Origin: an uncultured Clostridia bacterium
GTDB lineage: Bacteria; Bacillota; Clostridia; TANB77; CAG-508
DNA length: 41,803 nt
Direction: 5' to 3'
Assembly (NCBI GenBank): GCA_947624925.1
Contig: CANQMG010000002.1
Span: forward strand, 1 to 41,803
In this document: one piece after another, positions 30,955 through 40,842 of the stretch
Layout of the letters: every line of letters begins with the position of its first letter
Numbering within the stretch: the first letter of the stretch is position 1
The notes under the pieces: generated by a model
Database searches by the model: none
The model's input: the letters and a program-made list of their open reading frames with translations, nothing else
What the model was told of the DNA's origin: nothing
Program-made: the position numbers and the translations under genes

Positions 30955-31635
30955 CTACTCCTTAGGTTCAAATTTATATCCAATACCTCTAATTGTTTTT
31001 ATATATTTTCCTTTCTTTCCTAATTTGTGTCTTATTTTTTTTATATGACTATCTATAGTTCTAGAATCGCCATAATAATCATAATGCCATACATTATTTA
31101 ATATTTTATCTCTAGATAAAGCAATTCCTTGATTTTTAACTAAATAATTTAAAAGCTCATACTCTCTTAAACTCATTTCAATAAGTTTATTATCTACCTT
31201 TACTGTCCTACCTTCTGTATCTATTATAATTCCACTATAATTATTAATTCCACTACTTATATTATTAGTTCTTTTTAATATTGCCTCAACTCTAGCCACT
31301 AATATTTTAGGGCTAAACGGCTTTGATATATATTCATCCGCTCCTAATTCAAAACCAAATAGTTCATCTTGTTCTTCTCCTCTTGCAGTAAGCATAATTA
31401 CTGGGACTTTAGATTCTTGTCTTATTTTTCTTAAAACACTCCATCCATCTAAATTTGGCATCATTACATCAAGCAATATTAAATCTATACTATCCTTTTT
31501 TTCTTCGAAAATTTCTATTGCTTTTAGTCCATCTTCTGCCTCTAATATTTTATAATCCTTTTGTAATAAGAAATCTTTAATTAATTTTCTCATTCTTAAT
31601 TCATCATCTACTATTAATATTGTAGTATTGTCCAT
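30955..31635 (-). CDS. OmpR-family response regulator
   Basis: Receiver domain (ILIVDDE, DLILLDVMMPNLDG, K at ISKPF) plus a winged-helix C-terminus (...TIRGIGYKF). Confidence 0.92.
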   Translation of the reverse strand: MDNTTILIVDDELRMRKLIKDFLLQKDYKILEAEDGLKAIEIFEEKKDSIDLILLDVMMPNLDGWSVLRKIRQESKVPVIMLTARGEEQDELFGFELGADEYISKPFSPKILVARVEAILKRTNNISSGINNYSGIIIDTEGRTVKVDNKLIEMSLREYELLNYLVKNQGIALSRDKILNNVWHYDYYGDSRTIDSHIKKIRHKLGKKGKYIKTIRGIGYKFEPKE

Positions 31636-31680
31636 GGTAAGACCTTCTTTCTATACTTTTTTTAAATTATAATTTATAAT

Positions 31681-31697
31681 TGTGTCCAAAGTGTGAA
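31681..31697 (-). promoter_or_regulatory. Direct-repeat site upstream of the response regulator gene (candidate autoregulatory box)
   Basis: The minus strand reads TTCACACTTTGGACACA, with half-sites TTCACA and GACACA whose starts are 11 nt apart. A TATAAT-containing AT-rich stretch follows. Confidence 0.4.
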
Positions 31698-31706
31698 TAT
31701 ACGTTA

Positions 31707-31738
31707 AAAACTGCTGTATTTTATTATACAGCAGTTTT
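31707..31738 (-). terminator. Intrinsic terminator after the 110-aa membrane protein gene
   Basis: AAAACTGCTGTAT-loop-ATACAGCAGTTTT, a perfect 13-bp stem located 1 nt after the stop. Confidence 0.75.
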
Positions 31739-31739
31739 A

Positions 31740-32072
31740 TTAATTAGAATTCCATCTTAACATTTTTATATTTTTATAAATATTAAGAACTTCCATATAT
31801 TTTTCATATTCTTCTTCCCATAGCATATTAGGTACTTTATCAAAAGCACTAAAAACTTTTTCTGCTTCCATTAAAAATATTACTTGTTCCTGTGTAGATA
31901 ACTTTTCATATCTTTTTGAAAACACATACAATTTATCTAAAATTTGGTTTGCTTGTATGAAACTCCAAAAATCTTTTATTTTCATACCAGCTAGCCTAAT
32001 TTGTAATACAGAATATAAAATTAATGCAAATATAATAAAAATTAAACAATATATTATTAGGCCAAATTCCAT
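31740..32072 (-). CDS. Small membrane protein, 110 aa, function unknown
   Basis: One N-terminal TM helix (LIIYCLIFIIFALILYSVL). SD AGGAG lies 11 nt upstream of the ATG. The gene is divergent from htrA. Confidence 0.55.
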   Translation of the reverse strand: MEFGLIIYCLIFIIFALILYSVLQIRLAGMKIKDFWSFIQANQILDKLYVFSKRYEKLSTQEQVIFLMEAEKVFSAFDKVPNMLWEEEYEKYMEVLNIYKNIKMLRWNSN

Positions 32073-32162
32073 AATTTATAAGACTCCTCTTTTGAATATG
32101 TTTTATTATATCATAATATAATTTTTTTACAATATTATTTTTTATAAAATTTTCTTTTTGAT

Positions 32163-32180
32163 TTCACATTTTTTTCACAT
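32163..32180 (+). promoter_or_regulatory. Direct-repeat site upstream of htrA (candidate response-regulator box)
   Basis: TTCACATTTTTTTCACAT: two TTCACAT copies whose starts are 11 nt apart, 57 nt before the htrA ATG. Confidence 0.45.
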
Positions 32181-32236
32181 ATGTATTGTATTATAGTTAT
32201 GTTTTAGGTTATATTATATTTAATTGGAGGTAATTT

Positions 32237-33439
32237 ATGGATAATAACTTTAACAATGAATATCTGACTTATAGTAATAAGCCAAAAAAAGAATCTAGTT
32301 TTATTAAAAGCTCAGTAGTACCATTTATTTCAAGTGCTATAGGTACATTTTTAATAATAGGAATTTGCTTTGGAATACCTGGTATTAAAAATAAAATTCT
32401 AAGTACATCTGATAACCAAGGTACAACTGAAAACTCACATATATCTAGTATTCAAGAAGGAGGAGTAACTAATACTATATCTCTTACTGATTATTCTAAT
32501 ACATCTATTTCAGTTGCAGAAAAAGTAATGCCATCTATAGTTGGAATAAAAGTACAATACAATGTTAATACAGTATTTGGTCAAACTGGCAATGCATCTG
32601 CATCTGGTTCTGGAATTATAATTAGTGAAGATGGTTATATATTAACAAATAACCATATAGTAAATTCATCTTCTACTTCTTCATATTATGAAGTTGCTGA
32701 AGCAACTAAAGTTACAGTTACATTATATAATGATGAAACAGAATATGATGCAACTATTGTTGGTACAGACTCACAAACAGATTTAGCTGTTATAAAAATA
32801 GAAAAAACAGGATTAACTGCAGCTGAACTTGGAGATTCTGATTCTGTAAAAGTTGGAGAATTTGCAATGGCAATTGGTAATCCTCTTGGATTACAAAGTA
32901 GTATAACATGCGGAATTATTAGTGCAGTTAATAGAGAAGTAACTGAATCTGGAAATACTTATATACTTCTTCAAACAGATGCTGCAATAAATTCTGGTAA
33001 TAGTGGTGGAGCTCTAGTAAATGCAGATGGAAAGGTTATTGGAATAAATACATTAAAGTTGTCTGGAACTGGAATAGAAGGAATTGGTTTTGCAATACCT
33101 ATAAATTCTACTGTTGATATTTATGAGCAATTAATTCAGTACAATAAAGTTAAAAGACCATATATTGGAATAGGTGGTAGAGATATTGATGAAAAAACTG
33201 CACAAAGATATAATTTAGTTGTTGGTGTGTATGTTCAATCAATTGATGATTTCTCAGCAGCACAAAAAGCAGGATTAAAAATTGGTGATGTTATAATATC
33301 TGCTGATGGCAAATCTGTAAAAACAATGGACGAATTAAATGAAATTAAAAATTCTCACAATATTGGAGATAAAATAAAATTAAAGATTAATAGAAGTGGA
33401 TCAGAAATGGATATTGAATTAACACTTCAAGAACAATAA
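32237..33439 (+). CDS. htrA: HtrA/DegP-family serine protease with N-terminal TM anchor and C-terminal PDZ domain
   Basis: Catalytic triad contexts TNNHIV (His), DLAVIKI (Asp) and GNSGGALVN (Ser). PDZ region (GLKIGDVIISADGKSV). SD GGAGG. This is the only plus-strand gene in the window. Confidence 0.92.
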   Translation: MDNNFNNEYLTYSNKPKKESSFIKSSVVPFISSAIGTFLIIGICFGIPGIKNKILSTSDNQGTTENSHISSIQEGGVTNTISLTDYSNTSISVAEKVMPSIVGIKVQYNVNTVFGQTGNASASGSGIIISEDGYILTNNHIVNSSSTSSYYEVAEATKVTVTLYNDETEYDATIVGTDSQTDLAVIKIEKTGLTAAELGDSDSVKVGEFAMAIGNPLGLQSSITCGIISAVNREVTESGNTYILLQTDAAINSGNSGGALVNADGKVIGINTLKLSGTGIEGIGFAIPINSTVDIYEQLIQYNKVKRPYIGIGGRDIDEKTAQRYNLVVGVYVQSIDDFSAAQKAGLKIGDVIISADGKSVKTMDELNEIKNSHNIGDKIKLKINRSGSEMDIELTLQEQ

Positions 33440-33445
33440 ATAAAT

Positions 33446-33463
33446 TTCACTTTTGTTTCACAT
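33446..33463 (+). promoter_or_regulatory. Second copy of the TTCAC direct-repeat box, immediately 3' of htrA
   Basis: TTCACTTTTGTTTCACAT is 16/18 identical to the box at 32163..32180 and has the same 11-nt phasing. It starts 7 nt after the htrA stop, and a TATAAT lies at 33488..33493. Confidence 0.35.
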
Positions 33464-33544
33464 AAAGGACATAATTTATTGTTATATTATAATCATAGTA
33501 AATAAAAATAATTTATTTGCTTAGAACATCCCCTTTTATTTTTT

Positions 33545-33575
33545 AAAAAGCTATCTCATATTAGGATAGCTTTTT
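33545..33575. terminator. Bidirectional terminator between htrA and the M48 peptidase gene
   Basis: AAAAAGCTATC-loop-GATAGCTTTTT, with A- and T-runs on both sides. Confidence 0.75.
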
Positions 33576-33594
33576 TTATTATATTAGAAAATAT

Positions 33595-34281
33595 TTAGAA
33601 TTTTATATTTTTACATAATTCCTGATATTTATTAGTATTATTTATGTTTTCATTTACTATTTCATTAAATTTTTTTGAATGTGTTTTGTACTTTAAGTGA
33701 CAAAATTCATGTATTAATATATATTCAATTGTTTCTCTATCATATCTTACTATATCAGGATTTATAATAATTACCTTTTTATCAGTTTGACATTCTGCCA
33801 TTTTGTTATTTATTCTTTGTATCAAATATTCTTCTGGTGCAAAATTAAGCATTTTTCTAACTTTTTCCATAATACTCTCTAATTCTTGATTTGCTACTAA
33901 ATCATATAATTTTTCAATTAATTTTATTAAAATTTCATCATTATTTAATTTTTTATATTTATTTGGTAGAGATATTTTTATATTTTTCCCTTCAACAGTT
34001 AATATAGGTTTTTTTAAATTTTTGTAATTAATTTTAACTTTACAGTCTTCTCCAAGTATCTTTACTACTTCATTTTTTATATATTTATCTTCTTGAGCTT
34101 TGCTATAATCTCGTATTTTTTCTACAATCCATTTACTTTTTTCTTGTATTATTTCTTGAATTTTACTAGTTGTATAATACCAAGGTACATTAACTAATAC
34201 CTCACCATTTTGTACAGATATATATAATTCTCTGTTATAGTTTCTATTAACTGTATATGTTATTATGTTATTATTTCTCAT
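33595..34281 (-). CDS. YgjP-like (DUF45) M48-family zinc metallopeptidase
   Basis: HExxH motif in ILIHEFCHLKYKTHSKKF, which matches the typical DUF45 pattern HE.CHL...NHS..F; 228 aa. Confidence 0.8.
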   Translation of the reverse strand: MRNNNIITYTVNRNYNRELYISVQNGEVLVNVPWYYTTSKIQEIIQEKSKWIVEKIRDYSKAQEDKYIKNEVVKILGEDCKVKINYKNLKKPILTVEGKNIKISLPNKYKKLNNDEILIKLIEKLYDLVANQELESIMEKVRKMLNFAPEEYLIQRINNKMAECQTDKKVIIINPDIVRYDRETIEYILIHEFCHLKYKTHSKKFNEIVNENINNTNKYQELCKNIKF

Positions 34282-34491
34282 ATTAATAATGCCCCCTTGC
34301 TTAGGCGGATATTATATCCGCCATAAAAAATTAATATTTTCTATATATTAAATAATCACATAGAAAAAACTTTTGTTTGTTTTTACTATGTGATTATTAT
34401 ACAAACATTTTTTCGATATGTCAATACTTTTTTACAAAAAAATGTTTGTTTTTTATTTTTTATTCCTTAAATATAGAATTTAATACATTTG

Positions 34492-35259
34492 TTATATATT
34501 ACATTTAAAAATATAGTTATTTTCTTTAAATGGATTTTTATTTATAATAATATTTTCACTTTTTACTCTTCGTTTAAAATTTTCTTGTTTTTCTTTATCT
34601 TGTGATAAAATAATACACATATAATTCTTAGCTACATTATTAATAATACTTATATCATCTAAAATCTCTTCATCTTCAAAAGTTTGCATAATAATATTGT
34701 TATATGCACAATATTCATTAATTTCATCTAATATATTATAATTTTCATCTGAATCTTCATAATAAACATATACTGTATTATAGCCATTATATATTACTGG
34801 AATTTTTGCCTTTTTCATTAGACCTTTCAAGTTATATTTATCATTTATGTATATAATTTTATCACACATACTACTATTTTCTAATACTTTATCTTCATCA
34901 GTATTAAAATATATTTTTATAATGTTTTTTAAATTGTTAGCTTTTATAATTCTGCTAAATAAATCAACAATATAATTGTTTGTATCTTTAAAATAATCAT
35001 CTTGAACCATAAACATTATATTTTTATTTCCTATAAGTGCTTTAACAGATAAATAAAATGTAATAGCAGGGTTTCCATTATACATTACTATATAACTTTT
35101 AGTTTCGCTATCTATTTCATAATCCATATTATTAATGTAATATTGTATTAAACCTTCTTGTATATTTTGATTATATTTTTTATTATCAGATTTTATTAAC
35201 TTATCAACATTTTCTTTATTTTGTATTAATATTTTTTTTAAACTATCTATTATCTTCAT
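34492..35259 (-). CDS. Hypothetical protein, 255 aa (weak by-eye resemblance to the N-terminal half of ProA/ALDH-fold enzymes)
   Basis: The ATG overlaps the last 17 nt of the 908-aa gene. The segment YIVMYNGNPAITFYLSVKALIGNKNIMFMV...IPVIYNGYNTVYVYYEDSDE recalls [30 protein letters not shown]...[20 protein letters not shown] of gamma-glutamyl phosphate reductase. The catalytic Cys region is absent. Confidence 0.5.
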   Translation of the reverse strand: MKIIDSLKKILIQNKENVDKLIKSDNKKYNQNIQEGLIQYYINNMDYEIDSETKSYIVMYNGNPAITFYLSVKALIGNKNIMFMVQDDYFKDTNNYIVDLFSRIIKANNLKNIIKIYFNTDEDKVLENSSMCDKIIYINDKYNLKGLMKKAKIPVIYNGYNTVYVYYEDSDENYNILDEINEYCAYNNIIMQTFEDEEILDDISIINNVAKNYMCIILSQDKEKQENFKRRVKSENIIINKNPFKENNYIFKCNI

Positions 35260-37969
35260 AATCTACTTCTTCTCCATTATCAGAATAAATATCAAATACC
35301 CTTATCCACTCTCCTGTTATGCTATTTTCTGTACCATCTATATTTCCTATTATAGTTTCTGTATCTTGTTTGTTTTCCGTATTATATACTCTTCCATTTT
35401 TCCACTCATTTACTCTATCTGTTAAAATTCTTGCCCAACCTCTAGGCTTTTCTTTAGATGTATTTATAATATGATTTATTTTTCTAACAGATTTGCTCGT
35501 TCCATTTTGCATTATAGAGTTAATCTCTAATTTGCTCTTTTTTCCAACTCTTGCCAAATCTTTAAACCTAAACATATATGTTGCATTTCCAGTTGCTAAT
35601 CTTTTTTCATCACTTAGTCTATCTATGTAATATCTTTCTGCTATTACAATACTATCTGGATTTATATCCTCATTTGAATCTGCTATTATATAAAATTCAT
35701 AATTATCAAATGGACTTTTATCATCATCTTTATCTCTTCTTACTCTATCTATAATATGACCACCATATGATTTTATTAAAAGATCTCTAATAAATGGATC
35801 TATTACTATTTTTCTTTTTTTATCTCCGATTGGTTCATTATCTGAATAATATTGTTGTCCGCCATCACCACATAATTTAAAACCTGGTATTACAATATCT
35901 AAATTAAATCCTAATCCCAAATTTTCTTGTATAGTACTCATAATATTATTTGTACTTAATGTTTGTATTGCCTCATCACATTTTTCTTTAGACAATTTTC
36001 CTAAATCAACTAATTCTTTTATAACTTCCTCTGATATTAAAAGATTTATATATAAATTAACAATAGAGTTCTCTGATAAATATCCTTTACTTGCAAATTC
36101 AAATAAATCATCTTCTGTTATAGTTCCATCTTTATATAACTCATCTAGCTTTTCTTTGCTTATTTTTTCATGCTCTATTAAATAGGCTATAACAGATTTT
36201 GCTCTATTTAATTTTTCTTCATCTATTTTTTCTTCTTCCTCATCTTCTGTTTTTACTGTATTTCTAGACTGTTTATCTTTTTCTTCTTTAATTATTTTTT
36301 CTATATTTTCTATATCTACATCAATATCTAATTTATTTAATTGCTCGTAATTCAATATATTTTCATATAAAAACTTATTTATAACTTCTTCATCTAGTCT
36401 ATATTCAGATACTATTAAATTTACTGTTTCCTCCGATATTATTTCAGTTCCATACAGTTTTAAAAGTTTACACATATCTTTATCTGAGCTAGCTTCATAT
36501 TCTCTTAAAATACTATCATCACTTATATATTCTTTTACATTTTCAATACTAATAATACCATCATTTAATAAATTTAAAATTTCTTCATAATTAGATGATG
36601 CATCATTTAATTTTTTATCAACATTTAATAATTCATACATATCATATTTTTCACTTAACATTTTAATAGTATCTTTACTTAATCTAGAAGATTTGTATAA
36701 ATATTCTATAGTTAAATTACCTATCTTTTTGTTAACAATAAGAGAATCAACAAATTCAAATGAATATTCTTTACCATTTAATAATCTAATAATATCATTT
36801 TCAAAAATTCTTTCATTATTAATATAAAATAATAAATTATCCGTAGAATTTCCTATAATTTCATTTATATCACTTTGTGATAATAATTCTTTAACAAGTT
36901 TCCATTCATTTACATCCATATTAGATAAATGAATTCTTTGTTCTAATAATCCATTAATAATATCCTTCTTTTTAGAAGAGCTTAGATATCCTTCATCTGT
37001 AAAATTTTTTAAGGCATTCTCCAAATCATATACACTAAAACTTATTTTTTTCTTTTTACAATCATCCATTTCGGCCATACCGGATAATCTTTTTTTTGAC
37101 TTACTTAATAATGTATTTTCTACATTTAAAATATTCTTAATTGCAAATATGTTTTCTAAAGAAATATCTTCTATTTTTTCCAAATATTCAATAAATCTAA
37201 ATGCACTATCAAGCAACATTTTATCAATATCAATCTTATCAGCCCACTTTATCATATAATATTTAAAATTCTCCAGATAATCTTGAGCTTTTATGTCACT
37301 TGAATCTATATCTGCTATATCATATGGCAATCCTTCTTTTTTTCTTTTTTCAATATAAGATTTGTGTATTATAACACCTCTAATTAACTCACCTAGCCAT
37401 TCATCCTTACAAAATATATCACCTATATCTGTTAAAATTATTGAATTTAGTATATTTTCTAAATCAATTACTTTATTTATATCTTTCATTCTTTTTGACT
37501 CACTACTATCTTCATCAGGTTCACGACGTCCATTTGCTGTATATTCAATAACAGATGGCATACCATTTTCAAATTCTTCATAATATATAGATACATTCTT
37601 TTTAGATAACTCTTTTTGCATATTTTTAATTATTACCTTAAGTTCTGGAAATACATTAAATAATTTATCTTTTGTATCAGGTGGAAATTCATTAAATATA
37701 TGGTAAAGAGTTAATTTAAGTTTGTTCTGATTCAATGTATTAATATTTTTTTTAACAAAATCTATAAAATTCTCTTCTCCACTATTACAAATTTCATCTA
37801 ACTTTCTATTTAACTCTGTATCATTGCTATCAACACAATTCATTACATCTGCTATGCTAATTTGAATTTTCAAAAGCTTAAAAATTTCAACTAAAGCTTT
37901 AATTACTTCTCTCTTTTTTAGTTTCTCTGATATTTCCATAAAACTATTAGTTATTATACTATCATCCAT
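35243..37969 (-). CDS. Large hypothetical protein, 908 aa, function unknown
   Basis: Uninterrupted ORF with SD GGAGG 8 nt before the ATG. The N-terminal two-thirds are acidic and helical with recurring G.IS.E-type ~20-aa segments. A globular C-terminal region of ~230 aa follows. No P-loop, HExxH, HD or nuclease motif was recognised. Confidence 0.7.
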   Translation of the reverse strand: MDDSIITNSFMEISEKLKKREVIKALVEIFKLLKIQISIADVMNCVDSNDTELNRKLDEICNSGEENFIDFVKKNINTLNQNKLKLTLYHIFNEFPPDTKDKLFNVFPELKVIIKNMQKELSKKNVSIYYEEFENGMPSVIEYTANGRREPDEDSSESKRMKDINKVIDLENILNSIILTDIGDIFCKDEWLGELIRGVIIHKSYIEKRKKEGLPYDIADIDSSDIKAQDYLENFKYYMIKWADKIDIDKMLLDSAFRFIEYLEKIEDISLENIFAIKNILNVENTLLSKSKKRLSGMAEMDDCKKKKISFSVYDLENALKNFTDEGYLSSSKKKDIINGLLEQRIHLSNMDVNEWKLVKELLSQSDINEIIGNSTDNLLFYINNERIFENDIIRLLNGKEYSFEFVDSLIVNKKIGNLTIEYLYKSSRLSKDTIKMLSEKYDMYELLNVDKKLNDASSNYEEILNLLNDGIISIENVKEYISDDSILREYEASSDKDMCKLLKLYGTEIISEETVNLIVSEYRLDEEVINKFLYENILNYEQLNKLDIDVDIENIEKIIKEEKDKQSRNTVKTEDEEEEKIDEEKLNRAKSVIAYLIEHEKISKEKLDELYKDGTITEDDLFEFASKGYLSENSIVNLYINLLISEEVIKELVDLGKLSKEKCDEAIQTLSTNNIMSTIQENLGLGFNLDIVIPGFKLCGDGGQQYYSDNEPIGDKKRKIVIDPFIRDLLIKSYGGHIIDRVRRDKDDDKSPFDNYEFYIIADSNEDINPDSIVIAERYYIDRLSDEKRLATGNATYMFRFKDLARVGKKSKLEINSIMQNGTSKSVRKINHIINTSKEKPRGWARILTDRVNEWKNGRVYNTENKQDTETIIGNIDGTENSITGEWIRVFDIYSDNGEEVDYEDNR

Positions 37970-38061
37970 TTATTCATTCCTCCGCAATTATAATATTTAC
38001 ATAATATATTTTACCATATTTTTCTACAAAAAGCAATAATAAGAAGGCATTTTAAACCTTC

Positions 38062-40527
38062 TTATATTAAAACTTCACTATTTATAGTTACAGTACCATC
38101 TTTTAGTACTATTTTTATATTATCTCCATCCTTAATATTTCCATCTAATATTCCTTCTGTTATTTTGTCTTCTATTAAATTTTGAACTACTCTTCTTAGT
38201 GGACGTGCTCCATAATTCTTATCAAACCCTAAATTTACTATATGTTTTTTAACATCATCTTCTACCTTTAAGCTAATATTTTTATCCTTTAATCTACATG
38301 CAACCTGAGATATAATTATATCTACTATTTTTATTAAATCATCTTGATTTAATCTGTGAAATACTACAATTTCATCAATTCTGTTAATAAATTCCGGCCT
38401 TAATTCCTTTTTTACCTCTGATATAACTTGTTTTTTATTCATCTCATATATTTCCGCTTCTCGTTTACCTTCATCATCTGAAACATTAGAAAATCCTAAT
38501 ACTTTTTGTTCACCTATTAGTCTAGCACCTATATTAGATGTCATAATTATAACGCAGTCCTTGAAATTAACAGTCTTGCCTTGAGCATCAGTAAGTCTAC
38601 CATCTTCTAAAATTTGAAGTAACATATTCATAACATCTGGATGTGCCTTTTCAATTTCATCAAATAATATTATACTATATGGATTTCTTCTAATCTTTTC
38701 TGTTAATTGACCTCCATCATCAAATCCAACATATCCTGGAGGAGAACCTATTAATTTAGAAATAGAATGTGGTTCCATATATTCAGACATATCTATTCTT
38801 ATAATAGAATTTTCATTTCCAAATAAATTCTCTGCTAATGCTTTAGCAAGCTCTGTTTTACCAACTCCTGTTGGACCTAAAAATAAGAAAGAACCTATAG
38901 GTCTTTTAGGATCCTTTAAACCAACTCTTCCTCTTCTTATTGCTTTTGAAACAGCTATAACTGCTTCCTCTTGACCAATAACTCTTTTGTGTAATTCTTT
39001 TTCTAAATTTTTTAATTTTATATTCTCGTCTTCACTAATTTTCTTTACAGGAATACCAGTCCAGTTTGAAATCACTTCTGCAATATCTTCAACTGTTAAA
39101 ACTGTTACAGATTTTTTATTAATCATATTCCATTTTTCTTTTTTACTTTCTAATTCTTTTCTATTACTCTTCTCTTCATCTCTAAGCCTTGCTGCTTTTT
39201 CAAAATTTTGTACCTTAATTGCTTCCTCTTTTTCATTAAATATAATTTGTATTTGGTCTTCAAGTTTTTTTATATCCTCAGGTTCTGTATAAATTTTCAT
39301 TCTAATCCTTGAGGCCGCCTCATCTATTAAGTCTATTGCTTTATCTGGTAGAAATCTATCATTTATATATCTTACAGATAAATTCACAGCCTCCTTAATA
39401 ACATAATCATCAATTTTTACATTATGATGTGCCTCATATTTATCTCTTAATCCTTTTATTATTTCTATAGTATCTGTAATTGTTGGTTCATTTACTATAA
39501 TTTTACTAAATCTTCTCTCTAATGCTGCATCTTTTTCTATATATCTTCTATATTCATCTAAAGTTGTAGCACCAATTAACTGTATTTCTCCTCTTGCTAA
39601 AATTGGTTTTAGAATATTTGCTGCATCAATCGCTCCTTCCGCAGCTCCGGCTCCAACTATTGTATGAATTTCATCAATAAATAAAATTATATCTCCTGCC
39701 TTTTTTACTTCATTTAAACATTTTTTTATTCTTTCTTCAAAATCTCCTCTATATTTAGCACCTGCTATAACACTTGTTATATCTAATGTTACAACTCTCT
39801 TATCTTTTAACATTTGTGGTATATCGTCATCTATAATTTTTTGTGCTAAACCTTGTGCAATAGCAGTTTTACCAACTCCAGGCTCTCCAATTAAACAAGG
39901 ATTATTTTTTGTTCTTCTTGATAAAACTTGTATAACCCTTTCAATTTCATTTTTTCTACCTATAATAGAATCTAATTTTCCTTCACTTGCAATTTTAGTT
40001 AAATCAACACCAAATTGGTTTAAAGTTGGTGTTTGATTATAGCTTCCTTTAAATTTATTTTTATTATCGCTTTTTACTTTATTATCTTCTCCAACTTCAT
40101 TTATAACTTTTACAATCTCGTTATATAATTTTTGAGAGTTAACACCTAAATTTAACATTATTCTTATAGCAATACTATCTGTTTCTCTCATAATTCCAAT
40201 TAGCAAATGCTCAGTACCTATGTAACTAGAATCTAATTTTCTAGCTTCTCTATAGGCATTTTCTAGTACCCTCTTTGTTCTTGGAGTAAAACCTAAAGTT
40301 TGCTTTATGTTATTAGATTCTTTACCTATTAAATCTTCTATTTGTTCTAATATAGCATCTGGAGTAACTAACTGATTAATCAAAACTTTACTTGCAATAC
40401 CAACATCTTCTTTTGCAAGTCCATATAAAAGATGTTCTGTTCCTACATAATTGTGTCCTAATTCAATAGCAATATTGCTACTAATCTCTATAACCTTTTG
40501 TGCACTATTAGTAAACTTATATGTCAT
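38062..40527 (-). CDS. clpC: ATP-dependent Clp protease ATP-binding subunit ClpC
   Basis: Double Clp_N repeat ([10 protein letters not shown] / [10 protein letters not shown]), two P-loops ([16 protein letters not shown]) and a middle coiled-coil domain; 821 aa. Confidence 0.95.
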   Translation of the reverse strand: MTYKFTNSAQKVIEISSNIAIELGHNYVGTEHLLYGLAKEDVGIASKVLINQLVTPDAILEQIEDLIGKESNNIKQTLGFTPRTKRVLENAYREARKLDSSYIGTEHLLIGIMRETDSIAIRIMLNLGVNSQKLYNEIVKVINEVGEDNKVKSDNKNKFKGSYNQTPTLNQFGVDLTKIASEGKLDSIIGRKNEIERVIQVLSRRTKNNPCLIGEPGVGKTAIAQGLAQKIIDDDIPQMLKDKRVVTLDITSVIAGAKYRGDFEERIKKCLNEVKKAGDIILFIDEIHTIVGAGAAEGAIDAANILKPILARGEIQLIGATTLDEYRRYIEKDAALERRFSKIIVNEPTITDTIEIIKGLRDKYEAHHNVKIDDYVIKEAVNLSVRYINDRFLPDKAIDLIDEAASRIRMKIYTEPEDIKKLEDQIQIIFNEKEEAIKVQNFEKAARLRDEEKSNRKELESKKEKWNMINKKSVTVLTVEDIAEVISNWTGIPVKKISEDENIKLKNLEKELHKRVIGQEEAVIAVSKAIRRGRVGLKDPKRPIGSFLFLGPTGVGKTELAKALAENLFGNENSIIRIDMSEYMEPHSISKLIGSPPGYVGFDDGGQLTEKIRRNPYSIILFDEIEKAHPDVMNMLLQILEDGRLTDAQGKTVNFKDCVIIMTSNIGARLIGEQKVLGFSNVSDDEGKREAEIYEMNKKQVISEVKKELRPEFINRIDEIVVFHRLNQDDLIKIVDIIISQVACRLKDKNISLKVEDDVKKHIVNLGFDKNYGARPLRRVVQNLIEDKITEGILDGNIKDGDNIKIVLKDGTVTINSEVLI

Positions 40528-40572
40528 TTTTATCCTCCTTGTATAACATATTTAAGTTATCTAAATTTATGA

Positions 40573-40725
40573 CTAATCTTGTTTATTGTTATTTGTCATA
40601 TTCTCCAATTCTTTAGCTTTATTTTTTTGGTCCTTTAATGAAATCCATGCAAAATATGATGATATAAATTCTCCATATTTTGTTGCATCTTCTCCATATT
40701 CTCTTTTATTTTTATCTTCACTCAT
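40573..40725 (-). CDS. Possible small ORF (50 aa) upstream of clpC
   Basis: ATG at 40725 lies 9 nt after the SD AAGGAGAG. It encodes MSEDKNKREYGEDATKYGEFISSYFAWISLKDQKNKAKELENMTNNNKQD and ends with TAG at 40575..40573. It is below the size cut-off of the ORF track. No homology could be judged. Confidence 0.35.
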   Translation of the reverse strand: MSEDKNKREYGEDATKYGEFISSYFAWISLKDQKNKAKELENMTNNNKQD

Positions 40726-40800
40726 AAAAAAATACTCTCCTTTTTCTTAGTTTATGAGAGTATACCCTTATTTTTTTTTATTATTCATATATACTGCTTT

Positions 40801-40841
40801 AAAACAAGAAGGATTTACTAAAAGTAAATCCTTCTTGTTTT
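40801..40841 (-). terminator. Strong terminator hairpin after the SSB-like gene
   Basis: AAAACAAGAAGGATTTACT-AAA-AGTAAATCCTTCTTGTTTT, a perfect 19-bp stem located 1 nt after the stop. Confidence 0.75.
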
Positions 40842-40842
40842 A

